Of a stretch of DNA of 64,000 bases, positions 26,085 to 38,052 are shown one piece after another. Every line of letters starts with the position of its first letter. Positions within the stretch are counted from its first letter, which is position 1. This DNA comes from Nymphaea colorata (Eukaryota): contig NC_045138.2 in assembly GCF_008831285.2 (NCBI RefSeq), positions 18,538,001-18,602,000 on the forward strand, given 5' to 3'. The notes under the pieces were generated by a model. The model saw only the letters and a list, made by a program, of their open reading frames with translations. It did no database searches and was not told where the DNA came from. The position numbers were made by a program, and so were the translations under genes.

Positions 26085-26127
<43 letters not shown>

Positions 26128-28322
26128 CACATGATAGAAACCTACCTCAAGTGAAATTCCTCTATGGCACCCATTGAATCACATAGGAAAAAAAAGCAAT
26201 TAAAATTCTTAATCACCTGTCAAAGAAAAGGACACGATTCGGGAAAATATTAACCTAGCTGAATGAAGAAACATGCTTGAAAACTAAGATATATCATATC
26301 ACCCAATGAATTTGGAGCTATTATGAAGAGCACACTTAACTTGCGCGATTTTAGAAATTTGCTCAATTTTTCCAAAATTTACAATAAATACATGACAATC
26401 ATAGAATTTTGTAATTCCGACACATCCAAACCCTTTGTTCGGCTTCATACCTTATATTTTGTGAAACATTTGAAAAATAAGAAAACGCATGAAGGATTTT
26501 GTCTTCCCAAGCGTGTTTGTTTTTCTGCTTCTTCTGAGGATTTTGTCTTTCTTGTTGTATATTTTTGTAAATTTATTTCGTCCTTTCTCCCAGCTGTTTG
26601 CATCCGAATTTGTAGACCAAATTGATCATTTATTTTTTAAACTAAAAATGGCATTTCTAAACACAAACCTTAAGTCATGAATGAACTTCGTAAGTAGGAA
26701 GGGCACCAGCCTTCACTGTTTTTTGTTCCATGCTTGGAGCTTCACAATGACATTAGGCTTTTTGGTAGAAAATCATAAAAAACATCTACCAATGGCCCAT
26801 ACCATTGGAGATTCTGATGCTACAGAAATAGCACAGCATATAAAAGCCCGAGCCCAGTTTGCCTCCAGTTTGGATACTAGCTTACCTTGGTTAATTTTGC
26901 CAAAGTTCATCTGAAAGGCAAGATAAGCTGGATTTTATGCCTTTGTACTCGTGATAAAATTATTCATAAAAAAGGGTAGACTGCCGCGACAGTGTAGAAG
27001 GACTACTAGCACTGCAGATGTATTGAAGATGAGTGCACCAAATAAAGAATATGAAATAATTTACTGTTTCCAAGTCGGGCATCTCAGAGGTGAATGCTGC
27101 ACATAGTCAAACTGCTTAGAACCTGCTAACAAACATTCACATTTTCTTGATTTTGTTCCCTTCTTGTACCTAGAATTTTTACAGAAGGACAACAGTGGTA
27201 GCTGCTGGTTATTGGCCACAAATACAACATAAAAACCTGAAGTTATAATGTGGTTTATCCAATTGATATACTCTTCTGACTGAAAAAGAGAAACATTAGG
27301 ATCAGCTACGCAGGACATTTTGATTCAGACAATTGTTGCTTCGTAACCACAGAGCAACCAACCGGTTATACAAGCTGAAAATTACCTTTTAATAAACAAC
27401 CGCAGACCACCCAAAACTTACCTGTTACCTTTCAAATATCGGCTAACAAAAAAAAGGAATAGAGGATAACCTACTAAGGGTGCCAAACAAAGCGAAGCAT
27501 ATTCTCAAGAGTTGTTGATATAGCTCATCAAATCAGAGACACAAATATTTGTCAAACCCATAACATGTGCAACCAAATTATTGACAAAAATAAATGCATG
27601 GCAGTTCATCATAAGTAGGAGTATAAAGAGCAACATCAAGGGACCCTCTTGTCCACTGAAGCAAAGCCATCATCAACAGCACTTTTAGTTTGTTGCACGA
27701 CAATTCATAGATAAAATGGAATAACCAACAGATTTTACCTTTGGAAGCAAACGTAATTCAAGCAAACAAAAAGATGCCTCTCTCTATATTCCAATGGAGC
27801 CTAGCCTTCGTCATTTTACAATAGTGAAAGGTGTTAAGGTACGACACTGCAATCAAAGTCAACAAGTCTACTAATCAACTTGTGCAAGGGGCTGATCCAA
27901 GTGATTCCACTCAGACAACAAGCATGGAGCACCTGTGTGACGTAAATTATCAGAAGAACAAAAATAAAAGAAACAAATTGAGTTCATGAATCAGGTTTGA
28001 GGAAATCCATTACGGTAAGGAATTAGAACTCGTAACCCTTCCTGCACTTGTGGGCGGCATGCATGCAGCTTCCAAAATCAAGCCGTCGATTCATCGTCCA
28101 TGGACAACGGATTTCCTCATAGCTGAACAAAGCAACAAAAAACGAGCAGGCATTGGCATGAACTAATCGGTAAAAGGGAAGAAAAAGGGAACTGCATGAA
28201 AAGCATTAGCACAGACCTAGCATCCTTACCCTCTTGATTAGTTCCAGGAGCTCCATAGCCCATGCACACTGCCTCAGCCTCTATCATCATATACAATATA
28301 GATTTATTGGAAGGTTGAAGAC

Positions 28323-28651
28323 TGTTGAAAGTAATCGTTTCAGCCAACGCAGCATACTCAATGGCTCCTCTCAATCTTGCCTTTTGAAGCCCATTGAACG
28401 TTGAAAGAATTATTACCATTCTCGCTAGTTTCCTCAATAATCTTTAATCTTGTATGTAAAGTTCATCAAACGTTCATATTGATCAGATATTATATATGCC
28501 CTTGTAAATCAAAGAAAAAATAGAAAGAAAGAAAATAGAGGAAAGCAAAGAGCTGCTGCTCTGGTGTTCTTCGTGGATGTAGGTCTATGAACCGAACCAC
28601 GTAAAATCTGTGTTTCAATTCTTCGTCTTCCTCCTCTCTCCCATTTCAACA
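28323..28651 (+). repeat. 5' LTR
   Basis: TGTTGAAA...TTTCAACA, directly followed by the PBS. Confidence 0.97.
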
Positions 28652-29415
28652 TGGTATCAGAGCCAGGTTCCACCGTTCCTCTTGTCCATTGCCGGAGATC
28701 TAACCGCTGCACCTAATTTCAACAAAAAAGGGTGTTTTCTGATCAAACCTGATTTTCAGCAACTGGAGGCCGTCTGGTGGGCAGAGACGATTCCGTTAGC
28801 TCCTTTCATCTAGCGGGAACAATCTACTGCATTTTGACGACAATCAAATCAGATCTGCCTAGTTCGCCAGAGCATATTGGAGTTGGGTGAAAATCAGAGG
28901 CGCAACAGGAAAACTCTCCACCAGCGTGACTTCTATTTCTGGCGAGAAGAAAACCTTCACTTATTTTTCCCTGGAGACAGATCTCGGCCAGATCTTTGGA
29001 GCGTTCAATACTCATCATCTCAGCAGCCCTCAGTCCAAATCTCTTATCGTTTGGAGGTCTGGGTGTTTTTTAAGGATTTTTGGAGTAGCAACCTACCCTG
29101 GCGTCCCCTGTTCATCGTCTATAGCAGAACCTGCCCTGCGACTGCAACAGATTGAGGACTTCAAGTGCATCGCGTTTCCTGTAGGGAGCTCGGTTGGAGC
29201 TCATCTTTGGGGCGTCTAAACATAACTATCCAAGGGTGCTGTGGACCGATTTTCAGCGCAATCGGACCTCCGATTGATTTTTAATGAATTTTTGAGTGCG
29301 GAGCAAGCCTGTGATCGCTCGATCAGTCCTGTTCATCAGTGGGTTAAATCCCAATATCCAAAGGAGGAGATAGGAGCGATAGCTGCCACCAGCGTCAATC
29401 AGTGCTTGCTTCACC

Positions 29416-32400
29416 ATGACAGAAGATTCAAGCATCGGAACCACCACCAGAGTGGTAGAAAAAATTATCGTGCAGGAGCAACCAAGCCCTGCAAACAAGA
29501 TTACTTCTGTACTTCTAAATGGCAGCAACTATTTGGCTTGGTCCAAATCGGCGATGCTCTATTTAAGTGGCAGAAACAAGCTGGATTTCGTGACCGAAGA
29601 TCTTCCAAGACCTGCTGAAACAGATCCGACTTATAGAGAATGGCGATCCACCAATCATCTCATAATGTCCTGGTTAATTAACTCTATGGAGCCTAAAGTC
29701 GCACGTGGATTCTATTTCGCAGAAACTGCTCATCAAATTTGGAGAAAGGCAAAAGACCTCTATAGTGAAAAAAATGACATTGCTCGTATGTATCAACTCT
29801 CTCAAGGTATTCGGGATCTCAAAAAGCACCACAAAAATTTTGGTGACCTGCTAGGCGACATCCAAGGTATGTGGGACGAACTTGACTATCTTATGGATAT
29901 GTCTGCTACACTTAGATCTCGAGAAAAGTTGCGTGAACAACAAAAAATTTTTGAGCTTCTTGCGACTCTTGGCCCAGAATATGAACCCATCCGAAGCCAA
30001 ATTTTAATGTCCCTGGAGCTTCCTTCTCTTAGCACTGTTTGCTCAATTCTTATGAGAGACGAATCCAGAAAAAAGGTTATGTTTCAAAATTCTGATTCTT
30101 TTAAAGAGAACTCTAGCAATATAGAACAGGTTGCCTTCTATGGAGCCGATAAAAGCAGTGAACATAAATGGAAGAATCGTCCAAAACGATTTTGTTCTCA
30201 TTGCAAAAAGGAGGGTCATACCAAGGAAAGGTGTTGGTTCCTCCACGGAAAACCCACACCATGAGGACAGAAAAAAGAGAGAAGGGGAGCACCACTACCG
30301 TAGCGAATGTTGCAACCAAAACTCTTGATACTTCAGATCTTCCTCAGTTGCTGGAAAAAATAAACGAACTGCTGAAAAATGTCAAGAATCACGATGATAA
30401 AGAACATCAAAACAGTACGGCAGCTTCAGCAAGTGCTACTGGTAACGCTTTTACTTCACTCAAATCTGATTATTGGATTGTCGATTCTGGAGTTAGTGAT
30501 CATATGTCTATGAACTGCCATAACCTTAGTAATTATTCTTCTATGACTAGAAAAAAATCTGTTGTTATTGCTAATGGTTCTTCTATGCATGTTCAAGGAG
30601 AAGGAGAATTAGATATTCTTAGAAATGGTGCTAAATCTAAAGTGCTCTACATGCCAGATCTCTCGACCAACTTGTTGTCCGTTTCAAAATTGTTAGAGAT
30701 TTAAATTGTCAAGTTATTTTCTCTCCCACTAACGTTGTTTTACAGGACCCTATATCGAAGAGGAAGATTGGTGAGGGAACTCACGAAAACGGGCTATATA
30801 TGCTGAAAATCAATGAATATGCCTTGACTGCCCAAATCAACCGAGAAGGTGAACTTTGGCATCGGAGACTTGGTCACCCATCACATCGTGTTTTGAATGT
30901 TTTGTTACCAAATTTGAATTATGACTCTCATGTTTGTGAAACTTGCAAGTATGCTAAAATGTCTAGACTTCCATTCCATGAATCCTTAAACAATGCTATG
31001 TTTCCTTTTGATCTTGTTCATACCGATGTATGGGGGCCGGCCCCCGTGAAATCTTACTCAAATTTTCGGTATTATCTCACTTTCATTGATGATTTTTCAA
31101 AAACCACTTGGATTTATCTATTAAAAACCAAGGATGAAGTTTTTTCAAAATTTCTAGAATTTTACAAAATGGTTGAAACTCAATTTGCAACTCGTATAAA
31201 ATGTCTTAGATCCGACAATGGTACGGAATATAAAAACCAATTCTTTGAACAATTCAAAAAAGAGAGCGGGATGGACCATCAATTCACCTGTGTAGATACA
31301 CCCCAACAAAATGGGGTGGCAGAACGAAAAAATCGTCATCTTCTAGAAATGACTAGGTCTTTACTATTTGATATGAATGTTCCTAAACATTTTTGGAGTG
31401 ATGCAGTTTTGACAGCATGTTATACTATCAATCGCACACCCACAAGAATTCTTGCTGGAAAAACTCCTTTGGAAGCCCTCATGAAAAGGAAATTTAAAGT
31501 GGACCACATGAGAATTTTTGGATGCACTGTCTATGTCAAGAGTAAAGCTGCAGACAAACTCAGCCACAGAGCAAAAAAATGCATTTTCTTGGGCTACTCA
31601 TCGACAAAAAAGGGGTTCAGGTGTTATGATGTTACCGCCAAGCAGATCCATATCTCTCGCGATGTAGTTTTTGATGAAAAAAGGTCTTATTTCTCTCACG
31701 ATGCAAGGCAAGGGGAGGATAGTTCCAAGCACGACATCATGGTCACACCCAATAGTCTACCATACAATGATTTTAATATCACCATAACCCATCATCGTAG
31801 TGACCTTGAAGGAAGAGAAACCGTTGAAAACCTTGAAACTGATCCTAACAGTACAGAAGTCTCTTTTGAGCCTCAAGCAGATCAAAGCAATGAAAGTGGA
31901 GCTATAGATCCTATTGAACCTTACTTGAAAACTTTAGAATCTCACCCGTTTGAACCCACTCTAAGGAGATCTTCTCGAAACATTCAGCCACCTAGACATT
32001 TGAAAGACTTTGTCACCAACATCGCTGTTTCTCATCCTTTGGAAAAATATTTGAGTTATAGCAATCAACCCAAACACCATGTGGCCTTCCTTAGTCGCAT
32101 TGAAAAACAAAAAGATCCTACTACATACCAAGAAGCCAAAGACCAAAAAATATGGGTTGAAGCCATGCATGAAGAGCTAGATGCTCTCCACAAAAATCGT
32201 ACATGGGAACTTGTAACTCTTCCAGTGGGAAAACGTGCCGTTGGGTGCAAATGGATTTTCAAAACCAAGTACAAGAGTGATGGCTCCATTGAACGCCACA
32301 AGGCACGCCTGGTTGCTAAAGGGTATACTCAAACACAAGGGTTAGACTACGAAGAAACTTTTGCTCCTGTTGCAAAAATGACTACCATCAGAATTCTCCT

Positions 32401-33661
32401 ATCAATTGCTTGCAATTTTGAATGGCCTTTGTTTCAATTAGATGTGAAGAATGCTTTTCTACAAGGCGACCTTCAAGAAGAAGTATATATGAACCTGCCA
32501 CCAGGCCATCTTATGGAATGCACTCCAAGTCTTGTTTGCAGACTCAAGAAGTCGATTTATGGATTGAAGCAATCTCCTAGAGCCTGGTATCAAAAATTGA
32601 GTGATGCATTGGAAAACAAAAAATTCATCAGATGCTACTCAGATAATTCAGTTTTTATCAAGAGATCAGACGATAAAATTGTTGTTGTATTGATTTATGT
32701 GGATGACATAATAATTACAGGCAACGATGAACAAGAGATGGATCACACAAAGTGGTATCTTCACAATACGTTTGAAATCAAAGACTTGGGCAGACTAAAG
32801 TACTTTTTGGGAATCGAAGTTGCCAGATCCAAGAAAGGTATCTTTCTAAACCAACGGAAGTACATACTTGATTTACTTAAAGAAACGAGGAAAACAAGTA
32901 TCAGGCCAGCAGATACGCCCATAGAAGTCTACCCTAAACTTGACAATACTAAGGATGAACCTATTGAAAATGTGACAAGCTATCAAAGACTTGTGAGTAA
33001 ATTAATCTATCTTACGGTCACACGACCTGACATCAATTATGCTGTCAGTCTGGTAAGTCAACATATGCATTCGCCTAAAGCAGTTCATGTCAAAGCTGTG
33101 GAAAGAATTCTCAGATACTTGAAGAAGACTCCAGGACAAGGTTTGTGGTACAAAGTGAATGGGCATGTTAACATACAAGGTTATTCAGATGCAGACTGGG
33201 CTGGTGCTTCAGATAGAAGATCGATGACAGGTTATTGTGTGTATGTTGGTGATAACCTAGTTTCTTGGAAAAGCAAAAAACAACACACTGTTTCTAGATC
33301 CAGTGCTGAGGCTGAATACAGGGCAATGGCGACTACCTCAAGCGAGCTCATTTGGATAAAATCACTCATCCAAGAACTTGGATTTGTTATCAAGTCTCCC
33401 ATTCCAATGCACTGTGACAATCAAGCTGCAATTCATATAGCAGCAAATTCAGTTTTTCACGAACGCACCAAACATATAGAAATTGATTGTCATTATGTAC
33501 GTGAAAAGGTCCAAAAAGGAGAGATTGAAACTCCATATACTAGAAGCACAGAGCAGCTGGCCGATGGATTTACTAAGGGACTTCCTACAAAGCAATTTGA
33601 CGATATTAAAAGCAAGTGGGACTGTTTGAATCTCTACGCCCCACTTGAAGGGGAGTGTTGA
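29416..33661 (+). pseudogene. Copia gag-pol polyprotein broken by two frameshifts (~30250 and ~30690)
   Basis: Gag (LNGSNYLAWS, CSHCKKEGHTKERC zinc knuckle), protease (WIVDSG), GAG-pre-integrase (LWHRRLGH), integrase (VHTDVWGP, SDNGTEY, NGVAERKNR), RT (YVDDII), RNase H (SDADWAG, CDNQAA). Three reading frames. Stop codon lies inside the 3' LTR. Confidence 0.95.
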
Positions 33662-33984
33662 AAGTAATCGTTTCAGCCAGCGCAGCATACTCAACGGCTC
33701 CTCTCAATCTTGCCTTTTGAAGCCCATTGAACGTTGAAAGGATTATTACCATTCTCGCTAGTTTCCTCAATAATCTTTAATCTTGTATGTAAAGTTCATC
33801 AAACGTTCATATTGATCAGATATTATATATGCCCTTGTAAATCAAAGAAAAAATAGAGAGAAAGAAAATAGAGGAAAGCAAAGAGCTGCTGCTCTGGTGT
33901 TCTTCGTGGATGTAGGTCTATGAACCGAACCACGTAAAATCTGTGTTTCAATTCTTCGTCTTCCTCCTCTCTCCCATTTCAACA
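33656..33984 (+). repeat. 3' LTR
   Basis: Direct repeat of 28323-28651, preceded by the PPT and followed by the TSD. Confidence 0.97.
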
Positions 33985-35129
33985 AAGACGAAACGAAGTT
34001 TGTCATGTTGGAGGACGAACAGCAGGTAGCAGTCGAGGAGAAGTCGGAAAAAGTGGGAAGAGAACACTGTCGGAGAAGACGAAACTCCCGTAACTCTTGA
34101 AGAGGAGGAGATTATGAATGCCACCGGCGAACGTGAAACACCGCAGCTGTTACGGCGGAATTTTTTTGCAGAGAGGATGAAAGGCCGCAATATTTTACCA
34201 TAAAAAATTCCATCCTTCGTCCATAAAATTTAAAACAAAAAATTCGATGCCCTCTTTCTTTCACGCAAATTTTTCCATGACTACAGGTTTTGTCCTGGGA
34301 CGGGGAGGCCCATGCGACTGCTGAAATTGCCGTCGCCGTCTCCCCTTCTTCCTGTACTCAGCTAACTAATTTTCCATTTTTCCGGAAAGCACCTGCTGCA
34401 AGTACGCCGCCATCTGTACAAAAAACCACTTTACAAATAATAAAATGACAAAAGAAAGATGCTCATTAGGCTCTGAACTAAATCTATACTGAAACAATAA
34501 AAGCGTGAGGCTCGATCGCCTCTACATAAAAGATTTGAATCCCTGGAAATTTCACACCTAAGATCTCGATCTCCTCTACATAAAAGATTTAAATCCCTGG
34601 AAATTTCACACCTAAGATCTTTATTTTATTTCTGTGCATTGAGAAAAATCAGATTTAAGATCGGAGGGGGAGGGTTTGATCTTAAATCCACTGTTCTCAA
34701 ATCGTCACGATCTCAAATCCAAGGCTGTCAATCATATCCTAAGGGATTGAGACCAACATTTGAGTTGTATCATGAACACAATACAGATGCATCTTTAATT
34801 TTTAAATACATGGTTTTGGTCGCCGTTTATCGTTCTATTTACAGCTCATAGATATGTTCTGAACCAAGATACGACAATCGATTGGATAATCTCTTGATCC
34901 AGGTTTAGAATTGCAGCTGGTGGTAAAACTACTTCAAGTTCAGCTTTTGGAGCAAAGAGAGACCAGCTTGTATTGCGATCTGTTTGCAACACTGTAGTAC
35001 TGTAAGAAAGTCATAAACCATCTTAGCTGGAATTTAATTTCTTTTCTAAGCCTGAAAGGATGAAGCTATTGACAAGGAAAGTGCATCAGTGTCCCGTATT
35101 TGAAATCATTTGGTCCAAGTCTTCTTTGA

Positions 35130-36510
35130 CCCATGTTGGTCTCTCTTTTAATTTATCATTAATGTTGGTTTCACCTCTTCAAATTAAAAATATATATATA
35201 AACGTAATCACTCCCTTTCCCTCTCTCTAAATAATTTTTAATTCGATTACCAGGTGTCCTCCTTCTTCAGAGACCAAGTTGTTTTTAAGAGTTGTAGTAG
35301 AGGGAAGGATATGGCGAGATTTTCAAAAGTCGTGCAATATTTACGAGAATATTTCCTGATATATATATATATATATCAGGAAAATCTCGTGACATTCTGA
35401 AAATCTCAACAAATGAATTTCTCACAATTTGTTTGTGTTTTATAATTTTTTCTATTTTTATTAGTTTTTCTTTTCCAATTTTTAGGTTTCTTTTAACTTA
35501 TCAAGATATTTTTTTTTTTAGAAAATCAAGCGTCAAAAAAATACCCGAGAAAAACTTTCCTGTGAACAACACTTGTGACAAAACTTTAAAAATTCTAGAC
35601 CATTTTAATAAAAAAATCACACTCTAACCTTATCTTCTCCCTCCTCTCTCCTCCGTGCTAGAGTTCAAAGTTCATGTCTCTCCAATAAATTAGAAGTTCC
35701 AAAAAAGCAAGGAAATTTCGGGTGGTATACAATTGGAAGATCTCAGTCTACATAATAATGGTTTGTCCACATTAGTGGATCCTTAAAATTAATGCAAAGA
35801 AAAGTCTCCATGCATTTAACTAGTAAGTGCATGCATGCACAGACTGTCCACCAAGAGCAACTCAACGTCAAGCAAGCCTAAATTATCTCAGTCACTTTCT
35901 CCGGTTCCAGCGGTCTTTTGGATCTACAGCGGTTGATAAGAGTTAGAAGATGAACATATGTGCCAAAATTAACTACAGATCTGGTGGACATGCAAGAGAA
36001 AATCACATTCTCCTTTTTGGTGGGCATTTCTCCGATGTCCTCGATCGGGTGCTGGCTTGGTGATCGTGAAGTATATGCGATTGGATTTGCATTAAGAAAT
36101 CGGATTCAGATATTCATAAATATTCGATCAATTCGGATTTAGTTTTAAATAAATGTCATATATCAAATGCCCTTACATTGTGAAAGTCAGCTGGATTTGG
36201 TTTACAGTTTGGAAACCAATTTGGATGTAAATTCAAATAATAGTTTTGGATGAGATTCAGATATGGATATGATTTTTCTTCATTCCCATTTGAATCTGAA
36301 CATCCAAAAAGCATATACAGTTAAGAGCACCTTCGATTCGAACCTGGTCCATTGACATTCAAAAAGCATATACAGTTAATTTCCTCATAAGCAAACTAAA
36401 CTTGTCTGTAAATATCATGCAATGACATTTCTTGTTCGGAAATGCTCAAAGACTTAATTACAATGTTAGGTCCCACTTAAATTATAGTTGAGGGAATTAA
36501 CAACCTCCTT
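35130..36510 (+). repeat. Diverged duplicate of 12105-13600 (third partial copy at ~15860-16510)
   Basis: Collinear shared text, e.g. CATGTTGGTCTCTCTTTTAATTTATCATTAA, AAAATTAATGCAAAGAAAAGTCTCCATGCATTTAAC, CACTACAGATCTGGTGG-like, ACAATGTTAGGTCCCACTTAA. Confidence 0.88.
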
Positions 36511-37623
36511 CCCTTGTTCTCATGTATTTCATATTGTTATGCAATTCTTTTTTCACATATTGACCTGTTTATGGACGCTACAGTTGTGCCTGATTGCTTA
36601 GCCCAAATATCAAAAAATTGAATCCTTAAAATAAAAAAGCTAATTTTTTAATGTTATGGCTTTTGGGTAAAAAACCGATGTTCTTTGAAAATAGGCGGTT
36701 AATTTTTTGAAAAATAGAAAAAGTTTTCATTTTAGAAAACCGGACCCAGATCAGGGCCTGGCCCTTTTGAATCTCTGCTTGCCCAGGAAAGGCTCGGAAT
36801 TAACTGGCCACCTTTTGTTCAGTATCCGCTTTGGATATATTATCATTCATAAGTTTATTATTAGTAATTATGTAATAAATTAATTTCATATTTTTGTAAT
36901 CACACCGACCATATATTGGTTATTAAATGGAAAGTTATGCTTTCAGGTAACTCCTTCACGTCTTTTTTTAACTCTTTATCCTTCACTGCTCGCTCTTCAA
37001 TGCAACATAAATGGGATGTTTGGATGACTATGTAAAACCAAGTTTATTAATATTATATAGTATTTGGATGCCATCAAGACTGTGCTAAAGGAAAATCTGC
37101 CTTGACAAAAACCAAGGAAATGAAAATTTTGAATCCCACCAGGTTATCCATAAAAACTGTGTCATATATATATATATATATATATAAAACCATCATCTCA
37201 TTAATTCTCATCCAATACTTTGTTTTTATAAAACCAAGTTTTCATAAAACTATATTAGATGAGGATGTCATCCAAAAGCGCCCTATGAAATTTGCTTGTA
37301 TTAAATAGGTGCAGTAGTGGAGGCAATTGGGGGCCCTCCGTTATGGGCCCCCTTATGGAAGATATATTGATGTATTGCGGCCAACTTATCTTAACAAATA
37401 TTTATTTGGAGCCCTTATGTCAAAGTTTATATAAGACTATGGTCTTTACTGGAAGAAACGCAAAAAGGCGTCTTTTTTTAGAATTGTATCCGCAAAATGG
37501 TCTTAAGCAGTATCTGAACCAAGTATCGACTTGCATGTGCAGTTGCGCTCTCCTCCCCCACCCCCAAAAAAAAAACATTTATTTTTATATTGGTACATCA
37601 CCGCAATTACATATTGTTCCCTT

Positions 37624-37852
37624 TTTTTTTTCTTCTTCTTTTTTAGGGTGAGTGGTTCATTCCACCGCCTTAAGAGAGGCCACAGGCCCCCCTCGTCACC
37701 CTCTCCTTGGGTGACTGAGCTTGCTTCGGGCCCTTTTACGGGCCAGGGACTGAAGCACGTCTGGAGCGGGCAGGTGATGTCCAAGGACTCGACTCGGGTT
37801 TTTAGCGGACAGAGCACTTCCCCCGCACCAGTGTGCTACAACCCCTTGGGGT
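37624..37852 (-). mobile_element. tRNA-derived SINE
   Basis: Minus strand shows A-box TAGCACACTGG, B-box-like GAGTCGAGTCC and an A-rich tail. TSD ATATTGTTCCCTT at 37611-37623 and 37853-37865. Confidence 0.88.
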
Positions 37853-37920
37853 ATATTGTTCCCTTAATGTCTAAAATTTAAGTATCACTGCCTCGAGAAC
37901 AGAATAGCTATGTATTATAC

Positions 37921-38052
37921 GAGGGGGAGGATGTGAAAGCCTGCTCCCTTTCACAACATGCAACCCTTTCCTCTTATGGGTTTAACACCCAAATCGCCCC
38001 CACCGTTTTAGCGTGGTGAGTGCGGGGGCAGTTGTCATTTGAAACTCCCACA
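37921..38052 (+). mobile_element. Possible PPT plus short (121 bp) LTR of a TRIM/small LTR element
   Basis: GAGGGGGAGGA directly precedes TGTGAAAG...CTCCCACA. No partner LTR in the window. Confidence 0.4.

Larger units (their letters stand above)
28323..33984 (+). mobile_element. Full-length Ty1/copia LTR retrotransposon (Ale/Retrofit-like architecture)
   Basis: TG...CA LTRs 28323-28651 and 33656-33984 (329 bp, 4 mismatches counted). TSD AAGAC at 28318-28322 and 33985-33989. tRNA-iMet PBS TGGTATCAGAGCC at 28652-28664. PPT GAAGGGGAG at 33647-33655. Confidence 0.98.

Noticed and set aside
37740..37852. tRNA gene
   Set aside because: A and B boxes are present but there is no cloverleaf. The tail and TSD indicate a SINE.
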